From Pseudomonadota bacterium (lineage in GTDB: Bacteria; Pseudomonadota; Gammaproteobacteria; Burkholderiales; JAKAFK01), in contig JAJYKK010000001.1 of NCBI GenBank assembly GCA_021788645.1, forward strand, positions 71,743 through 135,742: 64,000 bases of DNA. Reading direction: 5' to 3'. Below are positions 29,405 through 40,211 of the stretch, in pieces; the stretch's first letter is position 1; each line of letters opens with the position of its first letter. Both the position numbers and the translations under genes were made by a program. The notes beneath the pieces were generated by a model. The model had not been told where the DNA came from. It did no database searches and saw nothing but the letters and a program-made list of their open reading frames with translations.

Positions 29405-31255
29405 TTACAAGGGCGGGCGCGTCGATTCGTTCTTTCCCAGGCAGAGGAACCAGAGTGCCGACCATGGGGGCAGCTGGCCGGCGTCATGCTCCTCGGGCAG
29501 TCCCGCTGAAAGGAGCCGCTCTCCCGCGGGTGGCAGGATCCCGGTGACGCATTGATCGCTCAGGTTGGCAAGCAGATGAAGTTCGACGCCGGGGGCCTTT
29601 CCCCATGTCACGCGCAAGGCCCGCTCGGCAAGCGGCTCGAAGTGCGCCGGGCCCTTCTGTAGCGTGCTCAGCCAGGGCTGCAGCCGTTGTGCGCGAAGAT
29701 GGAGCAGCGTTCGGTACCAGGTGAGCCATTCCTGGTGCGCGCCCTCCTGCAGGCACCGCCAGTCCAGTTTGGAACGCAGGAAAGTCGCCTCGGAATTGGG
29801 ATCGGGGATGGCGAGGCGCTGCCTTTCATCGGCGAACTGGCGAAAGCGAGAGAATTCGGACCGGCGCCCCTGGGTGACCGCCCCGCCCAGTTCGCCCGCA
29901 TAGTCGCAAAAATAGAGGAACGGCGACGGCGCCGCGAATTCTTCTCCCATGAACAGCAAGACCGGCAGGGGCGCGAGCAGCAGCACCGCCAACGCGCAGC
30001 GCAGACGGGAGGGGTCGGCGAGCCTCGAGATGCGCTCTCCGAAGGCGCGGTTGCCGACTTGGTCATGCGTCTGCGCAAAGGCAACAAATGCGCTCAGGGC
30101 GAGACCGGTGGTGGATTCCCCACGATGCTCCCCGTTGCGGAAGGCGGAAGCCTCGCCCTGATAGGCAAACCCTTGCGTGAGGCAGCGCCCCAGCGCGGCC
30201 ACGGGAGCTTCGGCATAGTCCTGATAGTAGCCGTCCGTCTCGCCGGTAAGCAGGACATGCACCGCATGGTGGAGGTCGTCGTCCCATTGCGCGTCGTATT
30301 GCGCGGCGTGAGCCCGAGGCGTGAGGTAATGCGCGAGGTTGCGGTCGTTCTCCAGCACCAGATGGACTTCGCGGCGGTGCGCGAAGCGGCTGCGCACCGC
30401 CTGTGCCAGTTCTTCCAGGATGTCCGGCCGCGTGTCGTCGAAGAGGGCGTGGACGGCATCCAGACGCAAGCCGTCGAAATGATATTCCTCAAGCCAATAC
30501 AATGCATTGTGGATGAAGAAATCGCGCACGGTGCGCGAGCTCTGGCCATCGAAATTGATCGCCGCCCCCCAAGGGGTTTCGTGCCGGGTACTGAAGAAGG
30601 AGGGCGCGTAGTGATGGAGATAATTGCCTTTCGGGCCGAAATGGTTGTAGACCACGTCGAGCAGGACCGCAAAGCCTTTCTGGTGGGCGGACTGGATCAG
30701 GTGCTTGAGATCATCCGGCGCTCCGTAGGCGCCATCGGGCGCGAACGGCAGGACTCCGTCATAGCCCCAGTTGCGCCGTCCCGGGAAATCGGCCACGGGC
30801 ATGAGTTCCAGCGCATTAACCCCCAAATCCGCCAGATAGTCGAGTCGTCCCTCAAGCGCCCGGAAGGTGCCCTCGGGCGTGAAGGTTCCCACATGAATCT
30901 CGTAGCAGACCGCCTGCGCCCAGGGCTTGCCGGCCCAGCCCTCGTCGTTCCAATCGAACCGCAGCGGGTCGACCACCGCGCTGGGCGCCTCGGCGTCGTC
31001 CGGATTAGAGCGCGAGGCCGGATCCGGGACCTCGATCGCGCCATCGATACGGAAGCTGTACCGGGTCCCGACGCGGGCGGCAGCGGTCGCGAGTTCGAAC
31101 CATCCGTCGGGAAGGTGGTTCATCGCCCGCGAGGTCCGTTTGCGTTCTCCCAGCACCAGATCCACGCGTTGGGCAGCCGGCGCCCATAGGCGGAACCTGA
31201 CGCCGCCATCCGCAAGAATCTCGCTGCCGAAGGGCATTGCATGCCGGCTTTTCAT
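29405..31255 (-). CDS. treZ: Malto-oligosyltrehalose trehalohydrolase
   Basis: GVRFRLWAPAAQRVDLVL...YEIHVGTFTPEGTF...VVYNHFGPKGNY...GLRLDAVH GH13 motifs. Confidence 0.9.
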   Translation of the reverse strand: MKSRHAMPFGSEILADGGVRFRLWAPAAQRVDLVLGERKRTSRAMNHLPDGWFELATAAARVGTRYSFRIDGAIEVPDPASRSNPDDAEAPSAVVDPLRFDWNDEGWAGKPWAQAVCYEIHVGTFTPEGTFRALEGRLDYLADLGVNALELMPVADFPGRRNWGYDGVLPFAPDGAYGAPDDLKHLIQSAHQKGFAVLLDVVYNHFGPKGNYLHHYAPSFFSTRHETPWGAAINFDGQSSRTVRDFFIHNALYWLEEYHFDGLRLDAVHALFDDTRPDILEELAQAVRSRFAHRREVHLVLENDRNLAHYLTPRAHAAQYDAQWDDDLHHAVHVLLTGETDGYYQDYAEAPVAALGRCLTQGFAYQGEASAFRNGEHRGESTTGLALSAFVAFAQTHDQVGNRAFGERISRLADPSRLRCALAVLLLAPLPVLLFMGEEFAAPSPFLYFCDYAGELGGAVTQGRRSEFSRFRQFADERQRLAIPDPNSEATFLRSKLDWRCLQEGAHQEWLTWYRTLLHLRAQRLQPWLSTLQKGPAHFEPLAERALRVTWGKAPGVELHLLANLSDQCVTGILPPAGERLLSAGLPEEHDAGQLPPWSALWFLCLGKNESTRPPL

Positions 31256-31324
31256 GGGACACTTGTCCGAGTCCTGGGCGTGCAGATCCCGCCCGGATCG
31301 CGGGCAGGGGCGCGGCGCCTCGCC

Positions 31325-34300
31325 TCAGAACGGTGGCTGCCGCTCCGACAGATGGGTCGCCAGATAGGTGATTGCCGGCGCCACCAGCGGGGGGTGGAGG
31401 GCATCCCGGAGAATTTCGTCACAGGCGTTCTCCATGCTGAACAACTCGATCAGGGCATCGGCTTGGGTGTCATCTTCAGGGTAGGAGACGGCGCCTTGCA
31501 CCCCCTCCCGGTACCCGTCCAGAAACGCCTCGGCCATTTGGTCTCGCCATTCCAGTGCATAAGGCTCGATGCGCGGCCGATCCTCGCTCCGCTCGGCGCT
31601 CAGGCGGGCCAGTGCCGCATGCGCGGTGCGGTCGAAGGAGCGCAGCATCGTGGCGACGTCGCGCAACGGGGAGTGCTTGCTGCGCCGGGCCGCCGGCGGC
31701 AGGCCCGGTTCCCCTTCGAAGCCGATGATCACGAAGTCGTTTTGGGTGACCAGGACTTTTCCGAGATGGAGATCTCCATGATAGCGGGTCTTCATGGGCC
31801 GCAATGCCGCCGGCAGGAGCCCCTTGATGCGCCTGCTCAGGGGTTTGTGCAGCCGGATCAGCTCGTCGGCGCCGTCCCGCGCCGGCGAGGGAAGATGTGC
31901 ACGCTGCCGTTTGAGTTCGCCGATGGCCTGGGCGAGTTTCTTGCCGACGGCGGCGACCCAGGCTCCGCGTTCTCGTGCGGCTACAGGCTCCGGGCTGAAC
32001 GCCGGATCTTCGAGATCCCGGCAAAAGGCCTTGTGCAGCGCCCCTACCCGCGAGCCCAGCGTCCGCATCAGCGCCCTTGCCGCCCCATGGGGGGGGGGCG
32101 GCGTGACCGGCTCCTGGTGTCCGAGCTTCGATTCAAGGAAGCGCTCGAGAGACTCGAGCGCATAATCCCAGGCGGTACCCTGATTTTCAATATAGGCATG
32201 CAGCAAGGCCAGCGCAATCGGAGCCCCGTCCGGCGGTTGGTATTGTGCGCTCCCCACGAACGGGGCGACGTGCAGGAATGCCGATTGGGCGGCAAGAAAT
32301 GCGCCGATCTCGATCTGCGGGTCGGGGCCTTCCTCAACTTGCCGCATCCCTTTCAAGAACAGGCGTTCCCCCAAGATCGCGGCGCGGTGCTCGCGGGCGC
32401 CGGATGGGCGGGTGACATTTCCGAGCCGGCCTTCAGCGAGGGTCTCGAAGGCCGGGGTGGAAGAAAAGCGCAGCGTTCCCTGGCCGAAGGGCGCGTCCAC
32501 GTTTCGCCCGATGGCGTCGACGAGCGCCGCGCAAAATGCGTCGTCGGCGAATGCATCGACCACCAGCCCGGTGCGCGCCTTTTGGCGCACGCGTGCAATG
32601 GCAAAGGCGGTGAGCGCCCGATGCGTGTCGTCGTCGCCATCGTCCCAGGACAGCGCCAGCGGCACGAAGTAGCTGCGGATGTCCCCTTCCGGTGCACGGG
32701 CGCGGACCAGGGTCAGGAACCAGTTGTGAGCGGGCGGGCCCCATTCCGCGGCGGCAACGAAGGCGCCGTCAGCCATCTGCTTGCCTGGCAGTCCGGACCA
32801 CGGTTGCTGGGACAGGAAGCTCGGCAAGACTTCTTTTTCCAGACGCAACGCCGTCTCGCGCTCCAGTTGCGTGCGCACGGCAGGCGCGCCTGCCTTCGGC
32901 GGCAAGAAAGTGCGCCAGCCGTCGAGCAGCACCAGCAGCGGCAGTTCGGGGGGCGCCACGGGCTCTTCCGGACGCTGGGCGAAGGGGGCATCGCTTAGCA
33001 ATTCGAACCAATAAAAGCCGTAACCGGGCAGCGTCAGCAGATAGGGCAATTCCCCGATGCGGGGAAAGGGCGTGCGTCCCATCAGTTCGACCGGAATACG
33101 TTGCTGGTAGGGCGCAAGATCGAGCTCGACGGGTTGTGCGGAATGGGCCAGGTTGGCGACGCACAGAATCACCTCGGTCTGATAGACACGCAAATAGGCG
33201 ATGATTTTGCGGTTCGCCGGATCAAGCATGATCAGGCTCCCTCTCCCGAAGGCTGCGTGCGCCTTGCGGACCGTGATGAGACGCGTCGTCCAATTGAGGA
33301 GCGAGGAGGGATTGCGCGCCTGGGCCTCCACGTTCAAAGCCTCATAGCCGTATACCGGGTCCATGATGGGCGGGAGATAGAGGCGAGCGGGATCGGCGCG
33401 CGAGAAACCCGCGTTGCGGTCCGGGCTCCACTGCATGGGCGTGCGTACCCCGTTGCGGTCGCCCAGATACACGTTATCCCCCATGCCGACCTCATCGCCG
33501 TAATAGACGATGGGGGATCCCGGCATCGACATGAGCAGGCTGTTGATGAGCTCGATCTTGCTGCGATTGTTGTCCATGAGCGGCGCAAGCCGGCGACGGA
33601 TGCCGAGATTGAGGCGGGCGCGTTCATCGGCGGCGTACATCTCGTACATGTAGTCGCGTTCCCTGTCGGTCACCATCTCCAGGGTGAGTTCGTCATGGTT
33701 GCGCAGGAAGATGGCCCACTGGCAATTTTCGGGGATATCGGGCGTCTGGCGCAGAATTTCCACGATCGGGTGCCGGTCCTCCTGCGCGACAGCCATGTAG
33801 ATGCGGGGCATCAGGGGGAAGTGATAGGCCATGTGGCATTCGTCGCCATCGCCGAAGTACTCGCGCACGTCTTCCGGCCACTGGTTGGCCTCCGCCAGGA
33901 ACATGCGGTTGCGATAATGCTTGTCGAGTTCCGCGCGCATGTACCGGATCACGCGATGGGTTTCCGGCAAGTTCTCGTTATTGCTGCCTTTGCGCACGCA
34001 CAAATACGGGACGGCATCGAGGCGCAGCCCGTCGACGCCGATGTCGAGCCAGAAGCGCATGACCCGCATCATGGCGCGCACGACGTGCGGGTTGTTGTGG
34101 TTGAGATCCGGTTGATGGGAGAAGAAGCGGTGCCAATAGTAGGCGCGCGCCACCGGGTCCCATGCCCAATTGGAGGCCTCGGTGTCCTTGAAGATGATTC
34201 TGGTCTCCGGGAACTGCGTGTCGGTGTCGCTCCAGACGTAATAGCTTCGTTTGGCCGATTTCGGGGGGGCCCGGCGCGCGGCCTGAAACCAGGGGTGCTG

Positions 34301-34627
34301 GTCGGAGGTGTGATTGACGACGAGTTCCGTGATGACCCTTAGCCCGCGGGCATGGGCTTGCCGGATGAAGCGGCGGAAATCTTCCAGGGTGCCGTAAGGG
34401 GGATAGACATCGCGATAGTCGGAGATGTCGTACCCATCATCGCGCATCGGCGAAGGGTAGAACGGAAGCAGCCACAGCGTATTGACGCCGAGGGTGCGAA
34501 TGTAGTCGAGCTTTTGTGTGAGTCCCCGAAAATCGCCGATTCCGTCGCCTGTGCTGTCGAAATAGGCCTTCACGTGCAGCTCATAGATGATCGCGTCTTT
34601 GTACCATAGCGGATCGTCTTCGATCAT
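31325..34627 (-). CDS. treS: Trehalose synthase fused to a maltokinase domain (TreS-Pep2/Mak)
   Basis: N-terminus WYKDAIIYELHVKAYFDS...VVNHTSDQHPWF...GLRLDAVPYL (GH13 TreS). The C-terminal ~450 aa carry the kinase motif YHGDLHLGKVLVTQNDFVIIGFEGEP. Confidence 0.9.
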   Translation of the reverse strand: MIEDDPLWYKDAIIYELHVKAYFDSTGDGIGDFRGLTQKLDYIRTLGVNTLWLLPFYPSPMRDDGYDISDYRDVYPPYGTLEDFRRFIRQAHARGLRVITELVVNHTSDQHPWFQAARRAPPKSAKRSYYVWSDTDTQFPETRIIFKDTEASNWAWDPVARAYYWHRFFSHQPDLNHNNPHVVRAMMRVMRFWLDIGVDGLRLDAVPYLCVRKGSNNENLPETHRVIRYMRAELDKHYRNRMFLAEANQWPEDVREYFGDGDECHMAYHFPLMPRIYMAVAQEDRHPIVEILRQTPDIPENCQWAIFLRNHDELTLEMVTDRERDYMYEMYAADERARLNLGIRRRLAPLMDNNRSKIELINSLLMSMPGSPIVYYGDEVGMGDNVYLGDRNGVRTPMQWSPDRNAGFSRADPARLYLPPIMDPVYGYEALNVEAQARNPSSLLNWTTRLITVRKAHAAFGRGSLIMLDPANRKIIAYLRVYQTEVILCVANLAHSAQPVELDLAPYQQRIPVELMGRTPFPRIGELPYLLTLPGYGFYWFELLSDAPFAQRPEEPVAPPELPLLVLLDGWRTFLPPKAGAPAVRTQLERETALRLEKEVLPSFLSQQPWSGLPGKQMADGAFVAAAEWGPPAHNWFLTLVRARAPEGDIRSYFVPLALSWDDGDDDTHRALTAFAIARVRQKARTGLVVDAFADDAFCAALVDAIGRNVDAPFGQGTLRFSSTPAFETLAEGRLGNVTRPSGAREHRAAILGERLFLKGMRQVEEGPDPQIEIGAFLAAQSAFLHVAPFVGSAQYQPPDGAPIALALLHAYIENQGTAWDYALESLERFLESKLGHQEPVTPPPPHGAARALMRTLGSRVGALHKAFCRDLEDPAFSPEPVAARERGAWVAAVGKKLAQAIGELKRQRAHLPSPARDGADELIRLHKPLSRRIKGLLPAALRPMKTRYHGDLHLGKVLVTQNDFVIIGFEGEPGLPPAARRSKHSPLRDVATMLRSFDRTAHAALARLSAERSEDRPRIEPYALEWRDQMAEAFLDGYREGVQGAVSYPEDDTQADALIELFSMENACDEILRDALHPPLVAPAITYLATHLSERQPPF

Positions 34628-34723
34628 GGCCGCCCCGATCCTTATGCGTTGCGCCTTCTCATGAGTATAGCGGGCGCTCCGCCGGGGTCGTGCCGGGCGG
34701 GAGAGGCGAAAAGGCGTGAGGCG

Positions 34724-35149
34724 CTAGTCCGACGGGCCCGGGGACCAGATGATGGACGCTATTCGCAGCCCCATGAGGATCGCCAGCATGAGGCCGACGG
34801 GAAGCACCTCGGACAGCGGCGGGTGTGCGGCATAGAACTCGATCACCGTGTCGCGCACGAGGAAGACGAGACCCGCGTCGATGATGAGCCGCAGGCGGAT
34901 CCGGTGGCTCTGGAAATAGCCGAAAAAGATGCGTGCAAGCTCGATCAGCACGAAGATCGACAGGAAGTCCACCGTTGACGAGGGCACGTCGATCGGTTTG
35001 CCCAACCGAAGCGGCAGCACGAGGTCTGCTTTGGCATACCTGTAGGAGGCGCTCACCATCAGGATGAGCATCACGAGACTGAGCAGGAAGACACCGAACG
35101 TGAGCGCGCCGTCATACCAGGTGATGATCTTTGCCGTCAGGCGGCGCAT
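34724..35149 (-). CDS. PsiE-family (phosphate-starvation-inducible E-like) membrane protein
   Basis: FLSIFVLIELARIFFGYFQSHRIRLRLIIDAGLVFLVRDTVIE parallels the E. coli PsiE core YFLYFEFIALIVKYFQSG...IVRLIIV. Start taken at MRRLTAKII. Confidence 0.6.
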   Translation of the reverse strand: MRRLTAKIITWYDGALTFGVFLLSLVMLILMVSASYRYAKADLVLPLRLGKPIDVPSSTVDFLSIFVLIELARIFFGYFQSHRIRLRLIIDAGLVFLVRDTVIEFYAAHPPLSEVLPVGLMLAILMGLRIASIIWSPGPSD

Positions 35150-35345
35150 AGGCGTGGGTTTCCTTCCAGGTGGAGCCGGCTGATGATGGTGACCTGAACG
35201 CGCCATGGGACCAAGCGCCATGGTAGGGGATCCTGGATGTTTGCGCAATGCTTCTCAAGGCGTCGAGGCGATGCTACGATGGCCCCTGCGCCTCTCGAAC
35301 GATAACAATGTGGGTGTGGTCGTGATTGAAAGGGAGGCTCAAATC

Positions 35346-36554
35346 GTGTGGAAAGACCTTGCCAAGAACCTCGTCCGGCCTTCGCGCGTCCATGGCGGGG
35401 GCGAACGTCCGCTGCCGCGTCCGGATGCGCAAGGGCGGCGCAGACCTCGACCGATCCCGGTCGTTTTTCCTGTCGTTCTCCTCGCCGCACTCCTCGGGGG
35501 ATGCTCGACCGTCGGCTATTATGCGCAGTCCGTCCACGGCGAACTCCAGATTCTCGATGCCTCCCGGCCGATCCGGCAGGTCATCAAGGATCCGCACTGC
35601 ACGCCGGCGCTGGCGCACAAGCTTGCCGAGATCCTCGCGATTCGCGCCTATGCGAGCCAGGATCTCGGCCTGCCTGACAACGCGTGCTATCGCAATTACG
35701 CCGATCTGGGCCGCCCGTATGTCACCTGGAACGTCTTCGCGACTCCGAAGCTTTCGCTTGCTCCCAAGACATGGTGCTTCCCGATCGCAGGGTGTGTCGC
35801 CTACCGCGGCTATTTTTCCGAGCGGGAGGCCGGCGCAGAAGCGGCGCGGCTGCGGCGCAAAGGATACGACGTATACGTGGGAGGCATTCCGGCATACTCG
35901 ACGCTGGGCTATTTCAACGATCCGGTGTTGAACACCTTCATGGGCTATCCCGACTGGGCGGTCGCGGAGCTCATATTCCATGAACTGGGGCATCAGGTGG
36001 CGTACGTGCCGGGCGAGACGGTCTTCAATGAGTCGATGGCCAATACCATCGAGCGGGAAGGGATGAAGCGCTGGCTGGCGGCCGATGGCACGGCGGCCGA
36101 GCGGCGGGAGTACGAGGTCGCGAGGCGGCGCAGGCAGGATTTCGACGACCTGGTCCTCAAGTACCAGAAGAGACTTGCGGCGCTTTACGCCTCCCCGCTC
36201 CCTGCCGAGCGGAAGCTCGCCGACAAGAAGGCGGTCTTCAAACGGTTGGTGGCCGCCTATCAAAGGTTGAAGGCCTCCCAGTGGCACGGCTACAGCGGTT
36301 ACGACCCGTGGTTCCTGGACGATCTGAACAATGCCAAGATTGCATCCATCGCGCTCTATACCCAGCTCGTTCCCGAATTCCGCGCGTTGCTCGCGCAGCA
36401 ACACGGCAATCTGCCCGCGTTCTACCGGCGCATTCGCGCGATTGCGCGGATGCGCCCGAAGGCGCGCGCCGCCGTCATGGCGTCCCTCGCGAAGGCGGCC
36501 CAACCGCCCACGCCCGCAGGGGTGGCCCTGGCGGCCGCCCGGCACGGGGGATAG
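35346..36554 (+). CDS. Putative lipoprotein zinc aminopeptidase (COG4324-like)
   Basis: Lipobox LLAALLGGCS and the HExxH motif IFHELGHQ. GTG 35346 is preceded by AGGGAGG at 35331-35337. The start is uncertain, since the ORF opens at 35205. Confidence 0.7.
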   Translation: MWKDLAKNLVRPSRVHGGGERPLPRPDAQGRRRPRPIPVVFPVVLLAALLGGCSTVGYYAQSVHGELQILDASRPIRQVIKDPHCTPALAHKLAEILAIRAYASQDLGLPDNACYRNYADLGRPYVTWNVFATPKLSLAPKTWCFPIAGCVAYRGYFSEREAGAEAARLRRKGYDVYVGGIPAYSTLGYFNDPVLNTFMGYPDWAVAELIFHELGHQVAYVPGETVFNESMANTIEREGMKRWLAADGTAAERREYEVARRRRQDFDDLVLKYQKRLAALYASPLPAERKLADKKAVFKRLVAAYQRLKASQWHGYSGYDPWFLDDLNNAKIASIALYTQLVPEFRALLAQQHGNLPAFYRRIRAIARMRPKARAAVMASLAKAAQPPTPAGVALAAARHGG

Positions 36555-36586
36555 CCGCTTTCCGAGGGGTGGGCGCCCAGGGGGCG

Positions 36587-39166
36587 TCACGCGTCCTTCG
36601 GAAGCAGCGCGCGCAATTCGTAAATCAGATCCAGCGCCGCGCGCGGCGTGAGCGAGTCGGGCTCGATCGCCTTGAGCCGTCGCGCCACGGCATCATCGGG
36701 AGCGGGGGGCGGGGCCGTTGCCTGAGCGGTGAACAAATCGCCTTGTCGGCTGGTCTCGATGCTTTGCTGCTCCAGTTGCACGAGACGGCGCCTGGCGGCC
36801 TGGATGACCGCAGGCGGCACGCCCGCCAGTGCGGCGACCTGCAAGCCATAGCTTTGGCTCGCCGGGCCTTCTTGCACGCTGTGCAGGAAGACGATGCGGT
36901 CGCGATGTTCGACGGCGTCGAGATGCACGTTGGCGACCGCCCGCAGTTCTTCGGCCAAGCGGGTCAATTCGAAGTAATGGGTGGCAAACAAGGCGAAAGC
37001 GCGATTGCGCTCGGCCAATGCCCGGGCGCACGCATACGCCAGCGCCAGCCCGTCGAAGGTGGAGGTTCCCCGGCCGATCTCGTCGAGGAGCACCAGACTC
37101 TTGTCCGTCGCATTGTGCAGGATGTTGGCGGTCTCGGTCATTTCGACCATGAAGGTTGAACGTCCACCCGCCAAGTCGTCGGATGCGCCGATGCGCGTGA
37201 AGATCTGGTCGATGGGGCCTACGCGCGCGGACTTTGCGGGAACATACGAGCCGCAGCAGGCGAGTAGCGTGATGAGCGCGGTTTGCCGCATGTAGGTCGA
37301 CTTGCCGCCCATGTTCGGGCCGGTGATGAGCAGCATCCGGCGGGCGCGGCCCAGTACCGTGTCATTGGCCACGAAGGTGTCGACCTGGGTCTCGACCACC
37401 GGATGACGGCCCTCGCGGATGTCGAGCACCGGCTCCTCGGCATATTCGGGGGCGACGAGTCCGAGCGTCTGCGCGCGCTCGGCGAGGCTTGCCAGTACAT
37501 CCGCCTCGGCGAGCGCCGCCGCGATGTCCTGGAGGCGCAGGACGTGGGGCGCGAGCAAGGCGAGCAGCGCCTCGTAGAGCTGCCGTTCGCGGGCGAGCGC
37601 CCGCTCGGCGGCCGACAAGGCCTTGTCCTCGAATGCCTTGAGCTCCGGGGTGATGAAGCGTTCGGCGTTTTTTAGGGTCTGGCGGCGCCGATAGTCGTCC
37701 GGCACTTTCTCGGCCTGGCTGCGCGGGACTTCAATGTAGAAGCCATGGACGCGGTTATATTCCACTTTGAGCGCCGCGATCCCGCTGCGGCCACGCTCGG
37801 CCGCCTCGAGGGAAAGGAGGAAGTCGCCGCAGTTCTCATGAATGGCGCGCAGCTCGTCGAGTTCGGCGTCGTACCCCTCGCGGATGACGCCCCCGTCCCG
37901 CAGCATGCTGTTCGGTTCCGGCTTCAGCGCACGTTCGAGCGCCTCGAGCAGCGCCTCGTCGCGCGTCAGGCGCAAGGACAATGCCTGGAGGCGCGTCGCG
38001 GGAAGCGGCGCGATCGTGTCCACCAGAGACGGCAAGGTCTTCAAGGTGTCGCGCAGGCCCGAAAGATCACGTGGACGTGCCGTGCCCAACGCGACTCGGG
38101 CCGTGATCCGCTCGACGTCGGCGCAGCCGCGCAGGACTTCATGAAGCGTGCGCCACGGAGGGCATGCGTCGGTTTGGGCACACAGGCCGTCGATGGCCTC
38201 GAGCCGGTCTTGCAGGGCCGCGCGGTCGGTCAGCGGGTGATGCAGCCAATGACGAAGGCAGCGGCTGCCCATGCTGGTCGCCGTGGTATCGAGCAGCGAG
38301 AGCAGGGTGGGCGAGGGCTCGCCGCGCAAGGTCTCGGAAATTTCCAGGTTGCGACGGGTGGCGCTGTCCATCGACACATAGGCGCCGGTCCGTTCCACGG
38401 CGAGCCCGCTGATGTGCACGAGGGCGGCGCGCTGGGTATGCTGGACATAGCCTATGAGGGCGCCGGCCGCGCAGGTCACGCTTCCTCCTTTGGCCACGCC
38501 GAAGCCGTCCAGGCTCAAGACCTTGAACTGCGTGCACAGCGCGTCATGGGTAGTATCCGGGTCGAATTGCCACAGGGCGAGGGGTTTCAGCGCGGACTTG
38601 AACGACGCAAGCCCCACGTGCTGAAAGCCTTCCGGAACGAGGAGCTCGGCGGGTCGGACGCGCTCCAGCTCGGAGGCGAGACGCGACGGTGAGGTCTCGA
38701 GCGCGCTGAAGCGTCCGCTGGCCAGGTTGAGCCAGGCGAGCCCGACCCGCTCCCCCGCCGGAAACAGGGCGGCCAGCAGGCTGTCGCGGCGATCCTCCAG
38801 GAGCCCCGCGTCGGTCAGGGTGCCCGGCGTGATGATGCGGGTGACTCGCCGTTCGACGGGTCCCTTCGAGAGAGCGGGGTCCCCGATCTGCTCGCAGATG
38901 GCGACCGACTTGCCCAACCGCAGCAGACGGGCTAGATATTGCTCGCAGGCATGGTGCGGGACGCCCGCCATCTTGATGGGCTGCCCGCCAGAGGCCCCCC
39001 GCTGCGTGAGCGTGAGATCGAGGAGCCGTGCCGCCTCTTCGGCGTCCCGGTAGAAGAGTTCGTAGAAATCCCCCATGCGGTAGAACACCAGCATGTCGGG
39101 ATGTTCAGCCTTGATGCGCAAATACTGCTGCATCATCGGCGTGTGCTGAGGGATGGCTTGATCCAC
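36587..39166 (-). CDS. mutS: DNA mismatch repair protein MutS
   Basis: [31 protein letters not shown]...[15 protein letters not shown]...[12 protein letters not shown]. Confidence 0.95.
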   Translation of the reverse strand: MDQAIPQHTPMMQQYLRIKAEHPDMLVFYRMGDFYELFYRDAEEAARLLDLTLTQRGASGGQPIKMAGVPHHACEQYLARLLRLGKSVAICEQIGDPALSKGPVERRVTRIITPGTLTDAGLLEDRRDSLLAALFPAGERVGLAWLNLASGRFSALETSPSRLASELERVRPAELLVPEGFQHVGLASFKSALKPLALWQFDPDTTHDALCTQFKVLSLDGFGVAKGGSVTCAAGALIGYVQHTQRAALVHISGLAVERTGAYVSMDSATRRNLEISETLRGEPSPTLLSLLDTTATSMGSRCLRHWLHHPLTDRAALQDRLEAIDGLCAQTDACPPWRTLHEVLRGCADVERITARVALGTARPRDLSGLRDTLKTLPSLVDTIAPLPATRLQALSLRLTRDEALLEALERALKPEPNSMLRDGGVIREGYDAELDELRAIHENCGDFLLSLEAAERGRSGIAALKVEYNRVHGFYIEVPRSQAEKVPDDYRRRQTLKNAERFITPELKAFEDKALSAAERALARERQLYEALLALLAPHVLRLQDIAAALAEADVLASLAERAQTLGLVAPEYAEEPVLDIREGRHPVVETQVDTFVANDTVLGRARRMLLITGPNMGGKSTYMRQTALITLLACCGSYVPAKSARVGPIDQIFTRIGASDDLAGGRSTFMVEMTETANILHNATDKSLVLLDEIGRGTSTFDGLALAYACARALAERNRAFALFATHYFELTRLAEELRAVANVHLDAVEHRDRIVFLHSVQEGPASQSYGLQVAALAGVPPAVIQAARRRLVQLEQQSIETSRQGDLFTAQATAPPPAPDDAVARRLKAIEPDSLTPRAALDLIYELRALLPKDA

Positions 39167-39206
39167 GCTCGCTAGGATTTTTCGGGGTGTGCGGGATCAT
39201 CATTCT

Positions 39207-39232
39207 AACATATTGTTATTACACAATATGTT
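39207..39232. promoter_or_regulatory. Perfect 10-bp inverted repeat (AACATATTGT-N6-ACAATATGTT) in the AT-rich mutS/sulfotransferase divergent region
   Basis: Seen directly in the sequence, 41 bp upstream of the mutS start codon. Operator-like architecture. No known motif assigned. Confidence 0.4.
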
Positions 39233-39368
39233 CACTCGTGACAAAGGTCTGCAAGGTCTTGAATGACTTGAGCAATCGGCCCCGGCCCCCTATGATGATT
39301 CCCGTAAACCCAATGATGGCGAACGCCAGCGCGCCCGCCGCCGACGGATAGGCAAGCTTCGTGCACAT
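39219..39368 (-). CDS. Candidate 49-aa small membrane protein
   Basis: MCTKLAYPSAAGALAFAIIGFTGIIIGGRGRLLKSF... has one TM span followed by a basic tail. GC3 is about 73% by hand count. No clear RBS. Overlaps the sulfotransferase start head-to-head. Confidence 0.2.
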   Translation of the reverse strand: MCTKLAYPSAAGALAFAIIGFTGIIIGGRGRLLKSFKTLQTFVTSEHIV

Positions 39369-40104
39369 GAACGCGTCCAGCCCTCTTTCGAGAATTTTCC
39401 TGCTGAGCCATATGCGGGCCTTCACCAGCCTGGCGGGGCATATTCTCGGTTCGCATCCCCGGATCAACGGCTATTATGAGATGCATATCAGCTACGCGGA
39501 TGCCCACGCGCTGGACAGGCAGGTCGAGCGGTTTCTGGAAAGCCATGCGTTCAAGGCAAACAGCCGGTATCTTTTCGACAAGCTGCTCCACAACGATTAC
39601 GTGGTGAGCCCCGAGCGGCTCAGCCCCGTCAAAGTGAAGATACTGATTGCCTTGATGCGGCCGGAGCACACTCTCAAGAGCATCGTGCATCTGTTTGCGC
39701 AAAAGGAGGTTGAGGACCCTTATGCCTCACCCATTGAGGCGGCAAACTACTACATCGCGCGTGTCCAGGCGCTCGCCGACTTCAGCCGGACCGCCCGGTG
39801 CCCCTATTGCTATTATGATGCCGAGCTGTTTCAACGCGCCCCGGAGAAGCTGCTTCGCGCGCTCTCGGACTGGCTGGAGCTGGATTCGCCACTGAGCGAA
39901 CGGTATCGGGTGTTCGATCATACGGGAAAATCGCGCATGGGGGACTCGTCGGAACGCATTCATCGTGGCGCCATCGATAGGATGCCCACTGATTATGCCC
40001 ATATCGCCATTCCGCGCGACGTGCTGCAAAGGGCGACTGAGGCGTATGAGGAATGCCGTCGGCAGATTGCACGGCATGCCGCCGATTCGCTGGTTCAGGA
40101 CTAG
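39367..40104 (+). CDS. Sulfotransferase-family protein (NodH-like size and architecture)
   Basis: About 245 aa. The N-terminal RIFLLSHMRAFTSLAGHILGSHPRINGYYEMH occupies the position of the PAPS 5'-phosphosulfate-binding loop of NodH-type sulfotransferases. Assigned by pattern only. Start is ATG 39367 or GTG 39361. Confidence 0.6.
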   Translation: MNASSPLSRIFLLSHMRAFTSLAGHILGSHPRINGYYEMHISYADAHALDRQVERFLESHAFKANSRYLFDKLLHNDYVVSPERLSPVKVKILIALMRPEHTLKSIVHLFAQKEVEDPYASPIEAANYYIARVQALADFSRTARCPYCYYDAELFQRAPEKLLRALSDWLELDSPLSERYRVFDHTGKSRMGDSSERIHRGAIDRMPTDYAHIAIPRDVLQRATEAYEECRRQIARHAADSLVQD

Positions 40105-40211
40105 AAGACGGGCGAAGGCAGCCACCATGCCGCCCCCCGCGCGCCTGGCTGACGGTATCGGGCCCGCGTGGCCAAGACATTTCGGGAGGGGCTTTCGCAA
40201 TCAACCATCTC

